A DNA stretch of 64,000 nucleotides from Candidatus Poribacteria bacterium (lineage in GTDB: Bacteria > Poribacteria > WGA-4E > PCPOR2b), in NCBI GenBank assembly GCA_965116925.1, contig OZ220744.1, positions 3,104,001-3,168,000 of the forward strand, read 5' to 3'. Both the position numbers and the translations under genes were made by a program. Below, one piece after another: positions 59,068 to 64,000 of the stretch (the stretch's first letter is position 1; each line of letters starts with the position of its first letter). The notes beneath the pieces are model-generated. The model was not told the DNA's origin, searched no databases, and saw only the letters and a program-made list of their open reading frames with translations.

Positions 59068-60010
59068 CCGAATCTCCTATCCTGTGCTGTTGTGTATTGA
59101 TGAGCCCAAAACGTATCAATCATAGCATTAGACTATTTACTGTTTAGAATGATTATATGACACCTAAAATTAAATTCTTCTTTGAGAGTTTGCTGTCGAT
59201 GCAACGAAAACATTTTATGTTAAGCGAGCCTACAAAGTCAATCAAAAACGTAATTGTATCCTAGCCACGAAAAACGGATCCGGCTTCAAGAATTTTCGGG
59301 ATAAGCTGATAAAATCACCCAAATTGCGTCCCAATGCCCCAGCAGGTAGGTTGGGTTGAAAGGTAAAATCAAATCCTATCAATGACAATAGAATCTGCGT
59401 TTTTTAACAACACCCTTTTATGGATAGATGAAGTGAAACCCAACACCCCATACCCGTAGGTCGGGCATCTTGCCCGACCCAAAGCAGCTCCAGCGGGACG
59501 ACATGTGTGTCTTGCATTAAAATAACCTAAGTTGCTAATTATTGGAAATCCATCAGAACCTGTAGGTCGAGATTCACATCTCGACACCAAACCGTTGATT
59601 TTCCAAAATCGCCTACAAAAATCTTCGTCTGTTTCCTGCTTTCTGGTTATCTCGTTATCTCGTTTTCCTCCGTGTAATCCGTTAATCCGCGATAATCCGC
59701 GATTCAGACAGGCAGAGTGACTACGACTAGCAACTTGCGTTAAAATAATGGAGACATAATTGGAAATATGTTATAAAATAAGGACAATTTTCCCATTTGC
59801 GCGGGAAAAATGGGAAAATTTGATTTTCGCAGGCGAAACGTAACCTTTTTAATCTCACTCATGCGACCTTAAAATTATCGCTTTTCTCTGCGTTCTCCGC
59901 GTCTCTGCGGTGTACATTGGTAGATAGCAACTTGCGTTAATATGATGAAAATGCACAGATATGCTCATAGTGCTACTACGCATATTTGATACTTCACGAG
60001 GGAGTGTGCC

Positions 60011-60976
60011 ATGATTCGCGTAATTAAGCCAGAAGGTTTCGGCAACATTCAGTTGGAAGATATACCGATTCCTGAGATTAACAGTCGTCAAGTTTTGGTG
60101 AAGACACACACCACGCTGATTAGCCGTGGTTCCGAACTGTTTCGTCGTTATATCATGGAGGAAGCAATCCCTCCATCAATGATGGGGTATTCCCTCACAG
60201 GCGTCGTCGAACAAATTGGATCGGCGGTCACAGAGTATGAGGTCGGACAACGGGTGATGGTCGTTGCACCCCACGCCGAATATGCCGTCGGAGAGGTCAA
60301 TGCTACCGTGGATGGACGGGTCGTACCGCTCCCAGATGATATCTCCTTTGAAGAAGGGACATTCCTGCCGCTCTCAATAAGTTCAATCGCTTGGGCGGAC
60401 TCATCAGGAGTCCAAGAGGGAGATACGGTCGTCATTCTTGGGCAAGGCATCGTCGGGAGTCTGATGATGCAAGTGCTGCGGGGATATAATCCCGAACGCA
60501 TTATCACGGTTGATGCAGTGTCGCTGCGTTGTCAATTCTCCACTGAATTGGGAGCGGATGTTACTATCAACGCCTCGGAAGAAGACCCCGTCGAAGCGGT
60601 ACAACGCTTAACCGATGGAAATGGTGCAGACTTGGTAATCGACTGCGTTGGCGGACACGCTGGGGTTAAATCGTTTGAGCAGGCGCAAGACATGGTGCGT
60701 AGGAAGGGAACCCTCCAACTGATTGCGTTATATCAAGGTGAGCCGTTGCCGCTGCATTCCTCAAAGATTATGAGCAAACGACTTGTAGCGGGCGTCCTTA
60801 CCGACGAGCCGCGCGGGGAAATCGCCCATCGTGCAATCGAGAAAATCCGCTCAGAAGAGATCCAAGCCGCGCAAATGGTTAGCCGTCGTTTCCCTTATCA
60901 GAATGCAAAGGAAGCTTTCGACTTCTTGTGGGAGCATCCGGACGAAGCACTCGCCGTTCAGCTGCTCTGGCAGTAA
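60011..60976 (+). CDS. MDR-family dehydrogenase lacking canonical Zn ligands (paralog of 2710-3678)
   Basis: TLISRGSE, MGYS, APHAEY, GQGIVG. Confidence 0.85.
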   Translation: MIRVIKPEGFGNIQLEDIPIPEINSRQVLVKTHTTLISRGSELFRRYIMEEAIPPSMMGYSLTGVVEQIGSAVTEYEVGQRVMVVAPHAEYAVGEVNATVDGRVVPLPDDISFEEGTFLPLSISSIAWADSSGVQEGDTVVILGQGIVGSLMMQVLRGYNPERIITVDAVSLRCQFSTELGADVTINASEEDPVEAVQRLTDGNGADLVIDCVGGHAGVKSFEQAQDMVRRKGTLQLIALYQGEPLPLHSSKIMSKRLVAGVLTDEPRGEIAHRAIEKIRSEEIQAAQMVSRRFPYQNAKEAFDFLWEHPDEALAVQLLWQ

Positions 60977-61134
60977 GCACCCCACTTACGCCAATCGTAG
61001 GGGCGGGGTTACCCCGCCCGTGCTTGTCAATGAACAAGCTATGACCCCGGTAGGTGCGGTTTCTAACCGCACCGCATAGGTGCAGTTGAAAACAGCACCT
61101 ACCCAACACTTCATGCTTCACGGAAGAATCACCG

Positions 61135-62115
61135 ATGCTCAATTACATTATACGCCGCACCCTTTACGCTATCCCGATCCTCATCGGTGTCAACCTTATC
61201 ACGTTTGTGCTCTTTTTCATCGTCAACTCACCCGATGACATGGCACGACAGATTCTTGGAGAGAAAAATATCACCCAAGAAGATGTAGACCGCTGGAAGC
61301 GCGATCGCGGCTATCATCTGCCCCTGTTTCTCAACACCCAAGAATCTGGGTTCGCAGTTTTCACGCAGACAATCTTCTCCCAAAAAGCCATGCGGCTCTT
61401 CCTCTTCGACTTCGGTAAGTCGGATCGGAACAACATCGACATCGGTTACCAAATCTCCCACCGGATGTGGGCAAGTCTCGCTATCGCTATACCGACATTC
61501 ATCATAGGCTTGCTTGTCAATATCACCTTTTCGATGATCATCGCCTACTACCGCGCTACCTACGTCGATTTCTGGGGAACGATTGTTGCCGTGATTCTGA
61601 TGTCAATCTCCACGCTCTTTTATATTATCGCTGGACAATGGCTGTTTGGTAAGATGCTCCGTCTCTTCCCGATTTCTGGCTATGACACCGGTGTGAATAT
61701 GCTGAAGTTTGTCTTTCTGCCCGCAGTTATCGGCGTTATTAGCGGTATTGGCACCGGCGTCCGTTTCTACCGCACCATTTTCCTCGAAGAGGTGAATCGC
61801 GATTATGTACGAACGGCACGGGCAAAGGGACTCGGCGAAGCCGTTGTGCTGTTTAAGCACGCTTTGAAAAACGCGATGATCCCTATTTTGACAAACGTAG
61901 TGTTAGCAATTCCATTTCTCTTCATGGGCAGCCTTGTGATGGAGAACTTTTTCTCAATTCCCGGACTAGGCAGTTTTACGATTGACGCTATCAACGCACA
62001 AGATTTCGCCATTGTCCGCAGCATGGTTTATCTCGGTTCGGTGCTGTATATCGTGGGTTTGCTGTTGACAGACATCAGCTACACCCTCGTTGATCCCCGG
62101 ATCCGATTGCAATAA
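61135..62115 (+). CDS. Peptide/nickel ABC transporter permease (DppB/OppB family)
   Basis: YIIRR, DFGKS, DYVRTARAKGL, KHALKNA, DPRIR. Confidence 0.93.
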   Translation: MLNYIIRRTLYAIPILIGVNLITFVLFFIVNSPDDMARQILGEKNITQEDVDRWKRDRGYHLPLFLNTQESGFAVFTQTIFSQKAMRLFLFDFGKSDRNNIDIGYQISHRMWASLAIAIPTFIIGLLVNITFSMIIAYYRATYVDFWGTIVAVILMSISTLFYIIAGQWLFGKMLRLFPISGYDTGVNMLKFVFLPAVIGVISGIGTGVRFYRTIFLEEVNRDYVRTARAKGLGEAVVLFKHALKNAMIPILTNVVLAIPFLFMGSLVMENFFSIPGLGSFTIDAINAQDFAIVRSMVYLGSVLYIVGLLLTDISYTLVDPRIRLQ

Positions 62116-62280
62116 CCGAAAGGGAAACCGAATTTTTTCTTGAAAATTCGGTTTCTTTCTTCTGCCCCGGATCTGTGTTATACGATTTCTTAACATGAGC
62201 GAAAAGAGAAAAACCTCTAAAATCTGTGTACATCTGCATTTATCAGTGTCCCTTTGAATCCTCAAATCCTGAAACTCCAT

Positions 62281-62614
62281 GATCCAGTCCACCCTCGTAG
62301 GTCGGGCATCTTGCCCGACCATAGCCCCAGCGATACAACAATCTATGCAATTTTCTCGTTTCTCGCTCCAGCGGAGCGATAGGTCTATAGCCCGACAATA
62401 GTTCCAATCCACGCGCTCCAGCGGAGCGCAATGTGCATCAAGACCGAGATCCAGTCCACCCTCGTAGGTCGGGCATCTTGCCCGACCATAGCCCCAGCGA
62501 TACAACAATCTATGCAATTTTCTCGTTTCTCGCTCCAGCGGAGCGATAGGTCTATAGCCCGACGATAGTTCCAATCCACGCGCTCCAGCGGAGCGCAATG
62601 TGCATCAAGACCGA
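62281..62614. repeat. Near-perfect 167-bp tandem duplication of a REP cluster
   Basis: Units 62281-62447 and 62448-62614. Confidence 0.9.
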
Positions 62615-62660
62615 TTCCTCCTGAAAATCCTGATTCAGACAATAAGCAAGGAGACCTTCT

Positions 62661-64000
62661 TTGAAAACGAGTATTGATCAACAGGCCAATTTACAACGAA
62701 TCCTTGTAGTATGGATTTCCGCAATTCTATTAATTCAAGGGGTGTGCATTCCCACACCTATCCGCGCCCAACCTTCAAATGCTCCCGTTATCTTCAAAGA
62801 TGTCACAGAGGCATCGGGGGTTAATTTTGTCCACTCCTTTGGGAAACGCTCATCCCTACTCCCCGAAGATGTCGGTTCGGGCGCAGCCTTCGCCGACTAC
62901 AATAATGACGGGCACATCGACCTGTATGTAGTCAACAACCCCGGTCCACTCGATACGGAAATCACGGAAGCATCGCCGGGAAATGTGTTATATCGCAACA
63001 ACGGCGATGGCACGTTTACCGATGTCACCGCGGAGGCGGGGGTTGGTGATCGTGGCTACGGTATGGGCTGCGTCTTCGGCGATTATGACAACGACGGAGA
63101 TCTGGATCTCTATGTCACGAACTATGAGCAAAATGTATTGTATCGCAACAACGGCGATGGTACGTTTGCCGATGTCACCGACAAAGCGGGTGTCGGCAAT
63201 GCGCGATGGGGAACAGGGGCAGCCTTCGGCGATTATGATAATGACGGGGATCTGGATCTCTATGTCCCCAACTATATCGAACACGACCTCGACAAATTAG
63301 CACAAGACCAAAAGACATCAATGCAGTACGGGCAGTCTGTGCCGCGTATATTGAATCCCCACTCCTTCGAGCCGCAGGACAATGTAATGTATCGCAACAA
63401 CGGAGATGGCACCTTCACCGATGTCACCGCAGAATTGGGCGTCGAATCCCCCGGCGGACGCAGCCTACAAGCGATCTTCACAGACTTTGATCTGGACGGC
63501 GATCTGGAACTCTACGTTGCCAATGACCTGTCACCCAACTTCCTCTATCGCAACAACGGCGATGGCACATTCACAGACATAAGCGATGCGTCGTGGGCGG
63601 CAGATTTTCGAGGTTCAATGGGGCTTGCAACCGGCGACTACGATGGCGATGGCGATCTCGACCTCTTTATGAGCCACTGGATCGAGCAGGAAAACGCACT
63701 ATACAGCAACATGTGGCAAGAAGAAGGAACGATGGGCGGAGAATCCCCGAAAGCGGGGGAAACGCGCCCCATCCACCTCGTTGATGACTCCTACGGCGCA
63801 TCGCTCGGTGAAGAAAGCCTTAAATATGTGGGGTGGGGGACGGATCTATTCGACTACGATAACGATGGCGACCTTGATATTTTTGTCGCCAACGGTCACA
63901 CCTTCCAATATCTCGACAATTACGACCTGCTTATCCCCCAGAAGGATCAGTTTTTTCGTTACGAAGGCGATGGAATCTTTGCCGATGTGTCTGCAGCGAC
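62661..64000 (+). CDS. CRTAC1/ASPIC-UnbV-type FG-GAP repeat protein, 3' truncated by window edge
   Basis: AAGGAG RBS + TTG, signal peptide, FKDVT..SG, repeated DYDNDGDLDLYV.N and YRNNGDGTF.DVT; missing from the ORF track because no stop lies in the window. Confidence 0.88.
   Translation, partial: MKTSIDQQANLQRILVVWISAILLIQGVCIPTPIRAQPSNAPVIFKDVTEASGVNFVHSFGKRSSLLPEDVGSGAAFADYNNDGHIDLYVVNNPGPLDTEITEASPGNVLYRNNGDGTFTDVTAEAGVGDRGYGMGCVFGDYDNDGDLDLYVTNYEQNVLYRNNGDGTFADVTDKAGVGNARWGTGAAFGDYDNDGDLDLYVPNYIEHDLDKLAQDQKTSMQYGQSVPRILNPHSFEPQDNVMYRNNGDGTFTDVTAELGVESPGGRSLQAIFTDFDLDGDLELYVANDLSPNFLYRNNGDGTFTDISDASWAADFRGSMGLATGDYDGDGDLDLFMSHWIEQENALYSNMWQEEGTMGGESPKAGETRPIHLVDDSYGASLGEESLKYVGWGTDLFDYDNDGDLDIFVANGHTFQYLDNYDLLIPQKDQFFRYEGDGIFADVSAA

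Noticed and set aside
61966..62681. ORFs over repeat regions (e.g. 61966-62598, 13511-13927, 760-1107, 7950-8198)
   Set aside because: They are translations of REP/MITE sequence and show the same repeat-derived peptides

Overview
64-kb bacterial window of moderate GC. It is most likely Candidatus Poribacteria or a PVC-like lineage; this is inferred from the cohesin/dockerin + FlgD-like C-terminal secreted protein, PhyH dioxygenases, DUF6785-type membrane protein, five PQQ-like beta-propellers and dense intergenic repeats. It holds about 50 CDSs, mostly metabolic. Notable parts: (1) A long minus-strand cluster (38-59 kb) encodes an EhpF/LuxE-like adenylating enzyme, a LuxC-like acyl reductase, an Fe-ADH, a HemN-like radical SAM enzyme and three secreted PQQ-like propellers. 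It is interrupted by a BsoBI/AvaI-type R-M system, an ABC-ATPase/DUF4276 pair and a nucleotidyltransferase TA-like pair. (2) A DUF488-DUF488-Dual-OB/RecQ operon has a frameshifted Dual-OB-RecQ fusion. (3) Two homologous sigma-54 promoter/enhancer blocks are present; one fires directly into a candidate ~110-nt structured RNA followed by a Zn-finger ORF. (4) An intact IS630 occurs with several families of REP-carrying MITEs, some inserted into REP hairpin loops. (5) Internally deleted genes include an Rpn remnant reduced to its C-terminal small-protein part. No rRNA, tRNA or CRISPR array was recognised. All family calls come from reading motifs, not from database searches.
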